Source of the DNA: Octopus sinensis
Lineage: Eukaryota
Length of the DNA: 64,000 nucleotides
Direction of reading: 5' to 3'
NCBI RefSeq assembly: GCF_006345805.1
Contig: NC_042998.1
Coordinates: forward strand, 202,864,001 to 202,928,000
Under the pieces are notes generated by a model. The model saw nothing but the letters and a program-made list of their open reading frames with translations. It did no database searches and was not told where the DNA came from. Below are positions 51,507 through 64,000 of the stretch, one piece after another. Position 1 is the first letter of the stretch. Every line of letters starts with the position of its first letter. The position numbers and the translations under genes were made by a program.

Positions 51507-51785
51507 TTGCATATAAAAACAATACGTTTGCTTGTCCTTTATGTACAATATTGGGTAAAAATATATAGATACAACTTGCATCGACACTAAACACTGTGAA
51601 TGTACGAGGTAATTATTATATATATATATATATATATATAAGTTCCCCAAAATTTAGATTCAGATAAATATGGTACTTAAGTAAAAAGGCACCAGAATTT
51701 CGTATGGTATTATCCATATGGGGTGATTATAATGGGTGATTAATGGGTGATTAATGGGGTGATTATAATTAAAATAAGCAACAAG

Positions 51786-51877
51786 TATATCCGAGGTTGA
51801 GTGGTACAATTGTTTCATGCTACTTCAGTGTTTAATAAAATGAAGTAGCATGAAACAATTGTACCACTCCACCTCGG

Positions 51878-51882
<5 letters not shown>
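51786..51882. mobile_element. Small palindrome of two 5'-truncated hammerhead halves
   Basis: 42-bp arms, each atgaagtagcat GAAA CAATTG TA ccact; CTG of the core is absent. Confidence 0.65.
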
Positions 51883-51948
<66 letters not shown>

Positions 51949-53397
51949 ATGTATGTATGTATGCAGTGCACCTGTTCAGACTGTCGATTTTATGGAGAGT
52001 GAGACCGAATATTTGATCACTATAAATCATAAATTTTTACCTGCGTAGTCGTGCAGGTCGTTCAGCAGAGGCTGAATGCTCATACGTCGTCTTCGACGGG
52101 AGAATCTATCATATATATGTGTGTGTGCGCGCGCGCGTGTGCGTGTGTGTGAGAGAGACACAGAGAATTACTTTTCTTCAGAATTGTTTCACTTTCAAGG
52201 TACTCACAAAGGCGCGCCGAAATTTCATTATAACACTGAATATAGAATTTATAAGGTGAATGTATGTCGGTCGGTGTGCATATAAAGTAGCCAATATATT
52301 AATAGAAATAAACACACTGATTTATGTCCTGACACATTACTAGTGTTTTATGTAAATATCATATTCCATGCATACTAATTGTACACTACAACAGCTGCAT
52401 ACATACTTACACGATATATACAAACCCGCAAACAATAACTATATGTATCTGTTATTTCTAAAATCCTAACAAATTTTTCCTGCATAGAATGACAATAAAT
52501 ATATATGTAACGTGTAAATAAATATATGTGGAACGTGTAATCAAATGAAAACTGAAATAATAAAACACGCTTTTAATACATTTATTTAAAGCAATAACCT
52601 GACATGTGTGTTTGTAAGAAGCATTAAAAGCACCAGATAACATAGACTACCAAAGGACTCAATACAGTTGTAGAACTTTAATATTTTGTTTAAACAACAT
52701 ACAAAGGGACTGTGATTTCAAAGTTTTTGCCGACGGCGACAAAGATTGTTGGTGACTATAATAGATATTAAATAGAAAAAGATGTGTTATAAGTATGTCT
52801 AATAGGAACATGGGGAAGAAATCGTCGCTTGAGCGAGAAGGTAGTGAAAGAGGAGAAAAGTTGATGAAAATACATACGAATGGTGAAGAGGGGTGAATTT
52901 TAAAAATGCGAAGTAGAAACCATTGCAGAGAAAAATAATTCATTGGTGTGCAAAGAGATAAGAATGTGAGTACTGTATTACATATGTATGTAATCAAATA
53001 AACATGACGAGACTTGCAAAATCGAGAGCAATTCATACATACATATACACATACAACTTATATGCCCATGGCCTGTGAAACCATGTGCCGGCATGCCCGG
53101 AAATTGCATAACTAAGAGAACATTTACATATGAAAGAAAAGCAGGTCAGTTACCACGCCTGTCCATGGCTCTGGGGTGTTTTAACACCTGTCGCTGAGAG
53201 AGTGTATATACTCCACCACGCTATTGTAGCCACTGGGAAATACATTTCATATGTAAATTATGGCATTGGTGCGCCATAGAGCAGATGTCGAAGTGATCCC
53301 GTTCCGAGAATCAAAATCGTGTGTATGTATGTGTGTGTATTATGTATACGTATTACGTATGTCGTGTGCATATATGTAAGGATATATGTGAGGTACC

Positions 53398-53620
53398 AAG
53401 GCGGTGAGCTGGCAGAACCGTTAGCACGCCGGGCGAAATGCTTAGCGGTATTTCGTCTGCCGTTACGTTCTGAGCTCAAATTCTGTCGACTTTTCCTTTC
53501 ATCTATCCGGGGTAGATTAAATAAATACCAGTTACGCACGGATTAATCGACTTAATCCGTTTGTCTGTCCTTGTTTGTCTTCTCTGTGTTTAGCCCCTTG
53601 TGGGTAGTAAAGAAATAGGT
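53398..53620 (+). mobile_element. SINE family B
   Basis: Matches 18349-18579. Confidence 0.85.
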
Positions 53621-53629
53621 ATATGTGAG

Positions 53630-53990
53630 GTACCGGTGTTCTGGTCGTCTCTTCAACTTGCGTTGCTTTGCTGCCAGTTCAAAAGTTTTTCAGTCTCTTA
53701 TTGATGACCTCCTTCATGCAGATGATTGCGACTTCGTTGTTGAAAATATACAAATTCTCATTGATCATATTTCAACGCCTTGCAAGATATTCCAACTCAG
53801 CATTAGCCTAGACAAGACTGTTGTAATGTTCCAGTCTGCACCAGGAAACCCATATATGAAATCATCTAAATTGAAGTAACAGAAGTGGAAGCGGTAGACA
53901 TGCTTCTCTACCTGGGCAGCACACTGAAACATTCTTGTTCCTTAATGATGAAATACCTTTAAGGATTCAGAGAGCAACTGGGATCTTTTC
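53630..53990 (+). pseudogene. RTE LINE RT fragment
   Basis: GRLFNLRCFAASSKV..DLLHADDCDF..LSISLDKTVVMFQSAPGNPY..YLGSTL. Confidence 0.82.
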
Positions 53991-54607
53991 CTTATGAACG
54001 GCACTTTTCAACACAATTTCTAGTTAGCTAAACACTTTTAAACTTTGTATACTGGTAGAATGTGTCAAAATGAAACATTTTTTTTCTCTTGGCTTTCTTG
54101 AGAAAATTGTAATTTGTTTGTTTGACGTAGTTTAATTTTTCGAATTTTAACCAATCCTATGCCTTCTATTTAGATAAAATCATTTGCTGCGTCTAAAACT
54201 GAGACAACATCCAGAGAACACAAAAAACTAAGCAAACTAAACAAACTAAACAAAAGAGCTGAGGCTGTTTATAAAACAACTAAATATTTTACAAACAAAT
54301 TGTCCTCTGTGTGTATGTGTGTGTATATGTATGTGCGTGTGTCTGTGTGTGCTTCTGCGTTAATGTTGAGGATCTACGTCTTCACATGATGCCATATAAA
54401 TAAGAACATCTGCAAGGAACATTCCTTGTAGACAATACATCTCGTCGTTCTGCGCTTTCAAAGAATATGAGAATTCCCTAATTTAAAAACAGATGAGCGC
54501 TGGAAACAGGAAGGGCAACGACACGTAAAATACAGCCTTGAATAAGTCTCCGACATAGACTGATCTATCAATGGATAGATAGATATTGAGTGCGGAAGGA
54601 AATGGGA

Positions 54608-54993
54608 TGGAAGCACTCCGTCGGTTACGACGATGAGGGTTCCGGTTGACCCGAATCAACGGAACAGCCTGCTCGTGAAATTAAAGTGTAAGTGGTTGAG
54701 CACTCCACAGACACGCGTACCCTTAACGTAGTTCTCGGGGATATTCAGCGTGACACAGAGAGTGACAAGGCCGGCCCCTTGAAATACGGGTACAACAGAA
54801 ACAGGAAGTAAGAGTGAGAGAAAGTTGTGGTGAAAGAGTACAGCAGGGATCACCACCATCCCCTGCCGGAGCCTCGTGGAACTTTTAGGTGTTTTCGCTC
54901 AATAAACACTCACAACGCCCGGTCTGGGAATCGAAACCGCGATCCTACGACCGCGAGTCCGCTGCCCTAACCACTGGGCCATTGCGCCTCCAC
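54608..54993 (-). mobile_element. SINE family C, full length
   Basis: Head gtggaggcgcaatggcccagtggttagg; tail ..gtcgtaaccgacggagtgcttcca. Confidence 0.88.
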
Positions 54994-55086
54994 GCGGAAG
55001 GAAAAGTGACAAATAGATAGGCAAACAGCGAAAAAGACAGACAGACTGACAAATGGGTTAACTGACAGACAGGTACGGAGACAGAC

Positions 55087-55257
<171 letters not shown>

Positions 55258-55807
55258 CAGACAGACAAGAAAAGTTCTCTTTCTTTTTTTCTTTTATTTT
55301 TTCTTTGGAAATACTTATCTCAAAGCAATTTTGATTTTAACATCAGAGATTTTTGAAAATTAATGATTGATCTTTTAAATTCAGATCTAATGTATATCGA
55401 GCTAGCGTCTTTTACTGATGTCTGCCTCTCGTCTCCGTACAAACGTCTGCTACCTACACTGGCATTAAGACAAACCAAATATTCTTTGTATTTCCGAACA
55501 ATGTAAACCATCCACTTTGATTTAATGTATCACCTTTATTTCTTGTTATTACGAATGCTTTTCTCTTTTCAACAATTACCTGAAGATGAATGTACTTTCA
55601 GAACTTACAAGATCTAAAGGAAATGTATAATTGAAAACCACTTCACCAGATTTTGGCCTCAAATATGTCGGAGTTTCTGACGTTAGAGCTGATGTCCAAA
55701 AAGTATTTCTAAAACAGTGTTCCACAAAATTAACAACTAAATTAAATTATATGTAGACGAAATATGTGTATGTGTGTGTGTGCGTGCGTGCGTGTGTGTG
55801 TGTGTGC

Positions 55808-55851
<44 letters not shown>

Positions 55852-56110
55852 TAAACTTGCATAATGACCTTTGTTCAATATTTATATATGTGTAAAGTGG
55901 CGAGCTGGCAGAAACTTTGGCGCGCCCGGCGAAATGCTTAACGTTATTTCGTCTGCCGTTGCGTTTTGAGTTCGAATTCCGCCGAAAAAAAGTTATTCTA
56001 AAATTGTTTTTTAACGTAAGCGTACCCAAACAAGTCGAATGCTTGCACAGCAGATTTTGCAGCCTCGTCATCCAAAACGACCGGATGAAACCGGGCATAG
56101 CTGCTAGTAT

Positions 56111-56505
56111 ATAGGAGTGGCTGTGTGATGAGTAGCTTGCTTACCAATCACATGGTTCCGGGTTCAGTCCCACCGCGTGGCACCTTGGGCAAGTGTCTTC
56201 CACAATAGCCTCGGGCCCACCAAAGCCTTGTGAGTGGATTTGGTAAACAGAAACTGAAAGAAGCCCGTCATATATATGTATGTATATATGTATGTATATC
56301 TATGTGTGTGCAAATGTGTTTGTTCCCCCAACATCGCTTGACAACCAATGCTGGTGTGTTTACGTCCCGTAACTTAGCGGTTTGGCAAAAGAGAACGCTA
56401 GAATACTACTAGGCTTACAAAGAATAAGTCCTAGGATCGATTTGCTCGACTAAAGGTGGTGCTCCAACATGGCTGCAGTCAAATGTCTGAAACAAATAAA
56501 AGAGT
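56111..56505 (+). mobile_element. SINE family A, plus orientation
   Basis: aggagtggctgtgtg..gaaacaaataaaagag. Confidence 0.88.
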
Positions 56506-56539
56506 ATACATATATATATATATATATATATATATCCCC

Positions 56540-56790
56540 TTCTCCCTAGTTCTACTGTGTGACCCTTCTGTCCGGCATTCGCCATGATAAATCGCTAGCC
56601 ACTACACATTCTTTATATTCTCTCCTTGTTTCTTTCTGTGTTCCTCTCTGTAGAAGAGCGTAGGCGTGAAACGTTTAAGACTTTTTCACTTCCCGAGCGT
56701 TATACTAATACATCTGTTTCTTGTCTACGCAGCCTGTCTTCGTCTTTTGTTTTTTGTGAATTCTCCCTATATAAACGCTAAGACCTACAT
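56540..56790 (+). mobile_element. Probable PLE pseudo-LTR with HHR relic
   Basis: Pyrimidine-rich tract, then tctgt AGAAGA gcgtaggcgt GAAA CG TT taaga (core 5' end non-canonical). Confidence 0.4.
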
Positions 56791-56829
56791 TTTTACGTTT
56801 AAGATTCAGTTATATTATTTTGATCGTTT

Positions 56830-57939
56830 TTTATTTAACAATATTATTTAATTTTTGAATTGTATTAAGTTTGATTATTATTATCGTTATTATTATTGTT
56901 GTTAAAATATTAATTTTATATGTAGTTTCTTGATAAGTATTAGTTATGATATGCATATCTATTTATTTATAATGCTTTATTATTATTTTTATAATGTGAT
57001 TTAAAGTATTACATATAATTCAATTTGAGAATTAGTTTTGTGAGACAATACATTATTTAATAGTTAGGTGGTCTGTTTATTATTTAGTATTACATTTAAT
57101 TGAATTAGTTTTATATTAATTGATATTATTGAGTAAAATATTAAATCTATCGATACTACATATATATTAATAATATAGTTAGTTTACCTAATAGGTGTGT
57201 ATATACTTGAACCATTTCCTATTTTTAATTCCAATATTTATAGCTTGTACTAACATTATGTATATTAATTAACAATAAGGTATTTAATATAAATTACTTA
57301 ATGAGTATAAGATTTATTTAGATTTTTATTAAATAAATAAATCAATTAATAATTTAATTTAATGTATATAGTTTAAATTATAGTATTTAGTTTTCACTTA
57401 ATGTATATTTTGTATATATATATATTTGTTTTAAACATTTTAATTAATTGTATCTTATTTTTTTAACAAGATTGTATGTGTTAAGATATTTCGTATTTTA
57501 CAAGATTATTTACGTATATTTATTAATTTATCTAATTAATTATTTTATTATTGTTGTTATCTTTAACCTGAAGAGTGGCTATATTTATATTGAAGTGATT
57601 TTACTGGTACTACTATTATTTTTACTATTATCATTTCTTAGATATAGCCACGAAACACGTGCCATTATTCTACCAAATATATACGTTTTATTTATTATTT
57701 TGAACATTACTTAATCAGTTGTTATATGCTTTATCTTACATTTAAGCTTTCTATAATATGCAATTGTTCTAAATGGTATAATTTAATTTTTCATTGTTGA
57801 ATTGATAACAGGTTGTTTTTTACTAATTTATTTATATATTTATTATATTTTGTCAAATTTGATTTAGTATTTCTCAATTGAATTTTTCCCTGTAAGTTTG
57901 GAATAATATTCCCTCATATTGCTATTTATTATTATTATT
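56830..57939 (+). mobile_element. Sister copy of the 34.7-36.0 kb HHR element
   Basis: Alignable along its length; HHR 57564-57668 taac CTGAAGA gtggctatat..atatagccac GAAA CACGTG CC (triplet mutated to GCC); ends at (TA)n. Confidence 0.8.
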
Positions 57940-58052
57940 ATGCATATATATATACATATACATCTATACATGCATATATATACGTATATATACATATATA
58001 CATATATGCACATGCATATATATATATATATATATATACATGTATATACATG

Positions 58053-58100
<48 letters not shown>

Positions 58101-58103
<3 letters not shown>

Positions 58104-58395
58104 GAGGTGCAATGGCTCAGTGATCAGAGCAGTGGACTCGCGGTTTCGATTCCCAGACAGGTGCTGTGAGTGTTCATTGAGCGAAAACAGCTAAAAGCTC
58201 CACGATGCTCCGGCAGGGTTTGGTGGTGTACCCTGCTGTACTCTTTCATCACAAATTTCTCTCACTATTTCTTCCTATTAGTCTCTCACTCTTTCTTCCG
58301 TACACGTATCTATGTAGTGTTTAACCACTTGCACGTCAATTTCACTAACAGGCTATTCAATTGGAAACTCTTCGTGGTAACCGACGGAGCGCCAC
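58101..58395 (+). mobile_element. SINE family C, internally deleted
   Basis: Head and tail match 54608-54993. Confidence 0.8.
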
Positions 58396-58503
58396 ATTAT
58401 ATATATGTGTTTGTTGTGTGCGTATGTATGTATGTGTGGGTATACATATATATATATATATAGTGGTTTTGTCTCTAATAATATTTTATATATATATATA
58501 TAT

Positions 58504-58580
<77 letters not shown>

Positions 58581-59164
58581 CAAAAATAAGAAAATAGAGA
58601 TAAATCAATTAGTAATCATATTACTAATTACAAAAATAGACATAATCTCTGACAGTTGTTTCAATTCAGACTTTAAAAATTAATTAAAATAATTAATTCA
58701 TTATACAGTTGAATCTCGTCGGAGGTAGAAAAAAGATATACCATTACTTATTTTATATTTTTATGTGTTAAGTGTATGTGGCATTTCGGTTAACTGAGTA
58801 TTATTTTATAGAAAAATTTGGTATAAACCTTATAAAGAGGGGAAAGGTACTCTATTCAGAGAAGTAAATATGAAAAATAATATAATATGATTTGGGTAAA
58901 AATTAAAGGTATAAAGAAATGTAATTTATGGTAATAAACCGTATATTTGAATATCAAATTAATATAAGGGTAAATATATTTATAAACATTTGAGTAATAT
59001 ATTCTGGGTACTCATTAAAAAGTATAGAAATAATATATAGTAATTAACCTTATATTTGAGTATCATATTATTATTAGGGTAAATGTATTTGTAAAAATTT
59101 AAGTACTAAGGGTGTATAAATATTAAGTAAAAATAAAAATTAAATGAATAGTATTATAGGTAAG

Positions 59165-59202
<38 letters not shown>

Positions 59203-59616
59203 ATATATATTTGATTGCATTTATAAATATAAATACGTTCAAATATTTATACGTATAGAATACATAAAAACATATATATACAAAAATAAAGAATAAAGAA
59301 TAAATGGACGCAGCAATAATCACATCTTGCACATACACCTACATATATTTACATGATCATACATAAACACATCTGTGAAGAAATCGCATGCAAATAATTA
59401 TATAAATATACAAGTACTTAGTACATATATATAAATACTTATATGCATATAAATTTGTGCAAAATATGTTACTACTGAGTTTCCAGTTCAAAAGTTTACT
59501 TATGCTCAAAGAGAGTTCAATGAAAATAAAAAAATATAAATACAGGATTGGTCATATTTTAAAAATAAGTATTTAAATAAGTATCATTAACGGTATTGTA
59601 ATATGTAATAAGAAAA

Positions 59617-60140
59617 AGGCGGTGAGCTGGCAGAAACGTTAGCACCCCAGGCGAAATGCTTTGCTGTATTTCGTCTGCTGTTACGTTCTGAGCTCAAATT
59701 CCGCCGAAGAATATGTAATAAAGAATCTTTTTTTTTTTGCCCGCAGGGGATTAAACACAGAGGGAACAAACAAGGACAGACAAACGGATTAAGTCGATCA
59801 CATCGACTCCAGTGCGTAACTGGTTCTTATTTAATCAACCCCGAAAAGATGAAAGCAAAGTCGATCTCGGCAGAATTTGAACTCAGAACGTAGCGGCAGA
59901 TAAAATGCTTATTTCTTTACTAACCACAAGGGGCTGAACACAGAAAGGATAAACAAGGACAGACAAAAGGATTAAGTTGATTATATCGACCCCAGTGCGT
60001 AACTGGTACTTAATTTATCGACCCCGAAAGGATGAAAAGTAAAGTCGACCTCGGCGGAATTTGAACTCAGAACGTAGCGGCAGACGAAATACCGCTACGC
60101 ATTTCACCCGGCGTGCGAACGATTCTACCAGTTCGCCGCA
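59617..60140. mobile_element. SINE family B copies in inverted arrangement
   Basis: Plus-strand partial copy 59617-59709, then an internally duplicated minus-strand copy 59738-60140. Confidence 0.8.
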
Positions 60141-60490
60141 ATAGAAAGAAATAATATAGAAAACAGATTTAATATGCTATATTTATAAATAAAGGAGCAA
60201 GGGAAAAATTATCTTATATCAAAGGAAAAATTTTATAGTTATTTTACGATTTAAAGGATAAAATGTTCATTTGTGCAATTTATAGTATAAAATGTTCAAT
60301 ATTAATATTAAGTCTAAAGTAGGGGGAAGGAAATTTACAGATTAGTCTTAATTATATTAATGATACGCGTTAAAGGTGGAATGTAAATTAGCAATATTAA
60401 ATTAAAATAATAATTACTACTATTAGGATATTTAGAAATAAATGTAAAAATGTAAAAATGTAAAAATGTGTTAGATAAAATAGGCAGAAG

Positions 60491-60547
<57 letters not shown>

Positions 60548-60655
60548 GAGATAGCAAGAGAGATATAACGTATCAGTGTAGGTATAAAAGTATTAATCCA
60601 AGTAAAAAAAAGAGGGGTTATTTTTTAAACAAAAATAAATAAATATAAGCATAAT

Positions 60656-62808
60656 TCTATAATAAAAATCCCGTTCTGTCTGTGTACATGTGTATGTGTG
60701 TGTGTGTATGTAAAAGATTATAACGGTCGAATTTTTCAACTGATTTTCTCTAAACTGGAATCATACATTACTTACATTCCAGGGATGGTTTTAGACTCTT
60801 AAAGGTTTTCACATAATGTGTAACGGGGCCCCTGGAAGCAGAAAACACCCTTTCCTGGCTTATATGGAAAAGGGAGGTAACTTTTTGCGAAGTAACTTTC
60901 AGAAACTGATTGTCTCCCTTATATGCATTTGTCAAAAATTTATCAAAATCTCAAATAATATATAAATTAAAGATGTGTGCGTGTGTGTTCGCTTTTCAGG
61001 TGAAAACGGCTTCACCAATTGCTTCCATACTTGCGATGCGTGAATAAATTGACTTCGGACACATATTAGGCTCTTCATTTGATTCTTTTATTAAAAATTT
61101 GGAATATTACTTTTTATATTAGATTCGCGTTGTTGAAAGTTTTTTAAAATATTTACTTTCGGTTTTCTAGTGTCAGTAACACCTATATCTCTCTATATCT
61201 CTTTATCCATCTCTCTATCTCTATCTCTCTATCTATATATATATATCTCCATGTCTATCTCTATATTTATCTATCTCTCTGTATCTATCTGTCTATATCT
61301 TATCTATCAATGTATATCTTTCTTATTTGTCTAACTAGCAAGCTCTCTCTCTCTCTTTCTCTCTCTCTCCCTCGATTTATATCTCACTCACTCTTTATTG
61401 TTTTCACAGTAAATTTTCAATCGCTATTTACAAACAGCAACGACAAATTACTGACAGAAAGAAGTTCACAATTACTAATGAAAGTAATTTCATAATTTAC
61501 TGACAGAAGTAACTTCATAAATTTCACTACAATCTGTACACTTCGTTAAATTTGCCTACAAATTTCTTATTTATTTTTTCAACGTTCTGTGTTTTTTTGT
61601 GTTTTTTTTACGGAATTACTGATTAAGAGTAGGTTCATATCTTACTGACAAAAGTGACTTCACAAATTTCACTTAAATCCGTAGACTTAGTTAATTTCCC
61701 TAAAAATTTCTTTTTCATTTTTGCAACGGTTTTGCGTTTTTCAGTTGTTAACGGCTTTTCTCTGGTTTCTTCGACACTGGCTCTTTGGTTCACTAAGTGA
61801 CAAATTTCGCTTCAACCTTTACAATTCTTTTCTTTCCATAAAAATAGATTTACTTTCTGTCCGTCGTATTAAGAAATATAATTTCCGTAACCTAGTTATT
61901 TTCATTGTTTTCTATCTTCTGTTTACGTATATAACCATGCCTAGAAGGAAAGTTTCAAATTAGTCAACAATGTCAATGTCAGGCGAAAGAATTCTCTGAC
62001 CAGGGAAAAAGAGACAGCTGCAGAAAGGGAAGCATAGCAAGAAACGAACAGATTATGCACTACAAAAGCCAGAGCATCTCAAAGGGAAGAACAGAGGTAT
62101 GCACGGCTGATAAGGAATAGGATCTCCACTGCAGAATGAAAAGCAGTTGCAAAAAGCTCAGAGAATCAATTATGATCCAGCAGCCCATTATGCAGATGAC
62201 ACTGGAGTTTCCATTGGTGGAATGACAACTGAGTGCATACATTGTAAAGCAAGAATGTGGCCTGGAGAGACACCTGCACTGTGCTACAGTGGTGGAGTGG
62301 TTAAACTCCCTGCAGTTCCTCAACCTCCAGATTCATTGAAGAAATTGTTGTTATCAACTGACCAAGATTCCAAGCACTTCCAAAACAAAATTAAACAATA
62401 CAACGCTACGCTACAGATGACATCATTTGGAGCCGCAAGAGATTTAACTGAGCCAAGATTCGTGCAAACTTTCAAGATCCAACGTCAGATTTATCATCAG
62501 ATTGGCTCTCTACTACCTCTGTCAAATGAATCACCAAAATCGGCCTTTCATTGTGTATAATCTGTACCTGTTTTTGTTTTTGTTTTATTTTGTTTTTGTC
62601 TTTTTTTGTTATGAAATAAGCTAGACAAAACGTGTTTTTGAATCACGTGTATTTATTTTATATGCATATATGGGTTGAAAACTTGGAAACTTATTAATGT
62701 AGAAAATTGGTATCTCCGCCATTAGTAGTTGAGACCTGCGTAATCTACACGGCATTTTTAAATTTCATTATTCTCTTTAATCCGGGCAACACCGGATATT
62801 TCTGCTAG
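60656..62808 (+). mobile_element. Internally deleted Helitron
   Basis: 5' TCTATAATAAAAAT..; 3' hairpin atccgg-gcaaca-ccggat then CTAG; contains a RepHel fragment; flanks are not the canonical A|T. Confidence 0.75.
61936..62545 (+). pseudogene. Helitron RepHel N-terminal (zinc-finger region) fragment
   Basis: MPRRK..; SIGGMTTECIHCKARMWPGETPALCYSGGVVKLP..SKHFQNKIKQYNATLQMTSFGA..TFKIQRQIYHQIGSLLP. Confidence 0.88.
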
Positions 62809-64000
62809 CATAAATATAAATCTATATTTAAAATATCAAAGTATGGGTTTAATTATAGAAAACCGTTTGGGCCCTTTATAGTAAATAAAAGCAGCAGCAT
62901 GGGTTAAGGTTTAATGTGTAACTATAGTAGTCAGAAAGGAAAGTAAACATTTAATATCTATTTATTTATATTTGGAAAATACATATTTTCCCATGTGTTG
63001 ACAAGAATATGTCTCTGAATCCCTGAGGTTAAGAAGAGGAAATTTTGCCGAGAGGATAAAAATGTTTCATTTAAGTAAAGAAAGCATTTTATATTATTAG
63101 CTTTATAGGAAGGTGCAGAAGCTATTATATCCTAATTTGTATAATTATTTGCATGCAATTTCTTCACAAATACTTACATGTATTTATTGTGTATAAGCGG
63201 GTAAATATATGTAGATGTATGCGCAAGATGTGATTATTGCTGCGTCCATTTATTCTTTACTATTTATTTTATTTTTGTATATATTTTTATATATTTATAT
63301 ACGCATAAATATTTTGAACGTATTTATATTCATATATGGAATCAAATATATATATATTTACCTATAACTCTACTCATTTTATTTTTTATTTTTACTTACA
63401 TATTTATACACCCTTATTACTTAAATTTTTATATATTTTCCCTAATAATAATATGATACTTAAATTTAAAGTTAATTACTATATATTATTTCTATACTTT
63501 TTAATGATTACCCAGAATATATTACTCAAATTTTTATAAATATATTTACCCTAATATGATACTTATATATAAGGTCAATTACTATATATTGTTTATTTCT
63601 ATACTTTTAATGAGTACCCAGAATATATTACTTAAATTTTTATAAGTATATTTACCCTTATTTGATACTCGAATATACGGCTTATTACAATAAATTACAT
63701 TTCTTTATACCTTTAATGTTTCCCCAAAGCATATTATATTATTTTTTCATATTTACTTCTCTGAATATACTACTTTTCCCCTCTTTATAAGGTTTATACA
63801 AAATCTTTCTATAAATAATTGAAATAACCGAAATGCTCCATAAATTTAATACATAAAAATATAAAAGATGTAATGGTATATCTTTTTCCTACGTCCAACG
63901 AGATTCAACTGTATAATGAATTAATTATTTTAATTAATTTTTGAAGTCTGAATTGAAACAACTGTCAGAGATTATGTCTATTTTTGAAATTAGTAAATAT

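Larger units (their letters stand above)
58618..64000. mobile_element. Large element with about 0.8-kb inverted arms (right arm runs off the window)
   Basis: 58618-59406 is the reverse complement of 63136-64000; the arms contain ~110-bp subrepeats. Confidence 0.8.

Overview
AT-rich, repeat-saturated animal genomic DNA, very probably an octopus (inferred from the three abundant tRNA-derived SINE families). No host protein-coding gene can be confidently identified, and nearly all listed ORFs are microsatellite or SINE read-through. The window holds decayed transposons: four Tc1/mariner lineages, MITEs, Helitrons, and R4/Dong-, RTE- and CR1-group LINE fragments. The main result is a dense set of minimal type-I hammerhead ribozyme (HHR) motifs found by manual scanning. 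Six or seven have intact catalytic cores and about ten are point-mutated or truncated, and they come from many unrelated sequence families. They sit in short ORF-less elements with inverted (fold-back) ends, mostly within (TA)n tracts. A decayed Penelope-type GIY-YIG endonuclease at 6.1-6.4 kb, followed on the same strand by one HHR, links these motifs to Penelope-like elements (PLEs). HHRs in PLEs and retrozymes are already known. What may be undescribed are these cephalopod non-autonomous families, their shared 3' terminus, a 482-nt permuted unit and inversion junctions close to the cleavage site. All structures were folded by eye and coordinates are approximate to a few nt.
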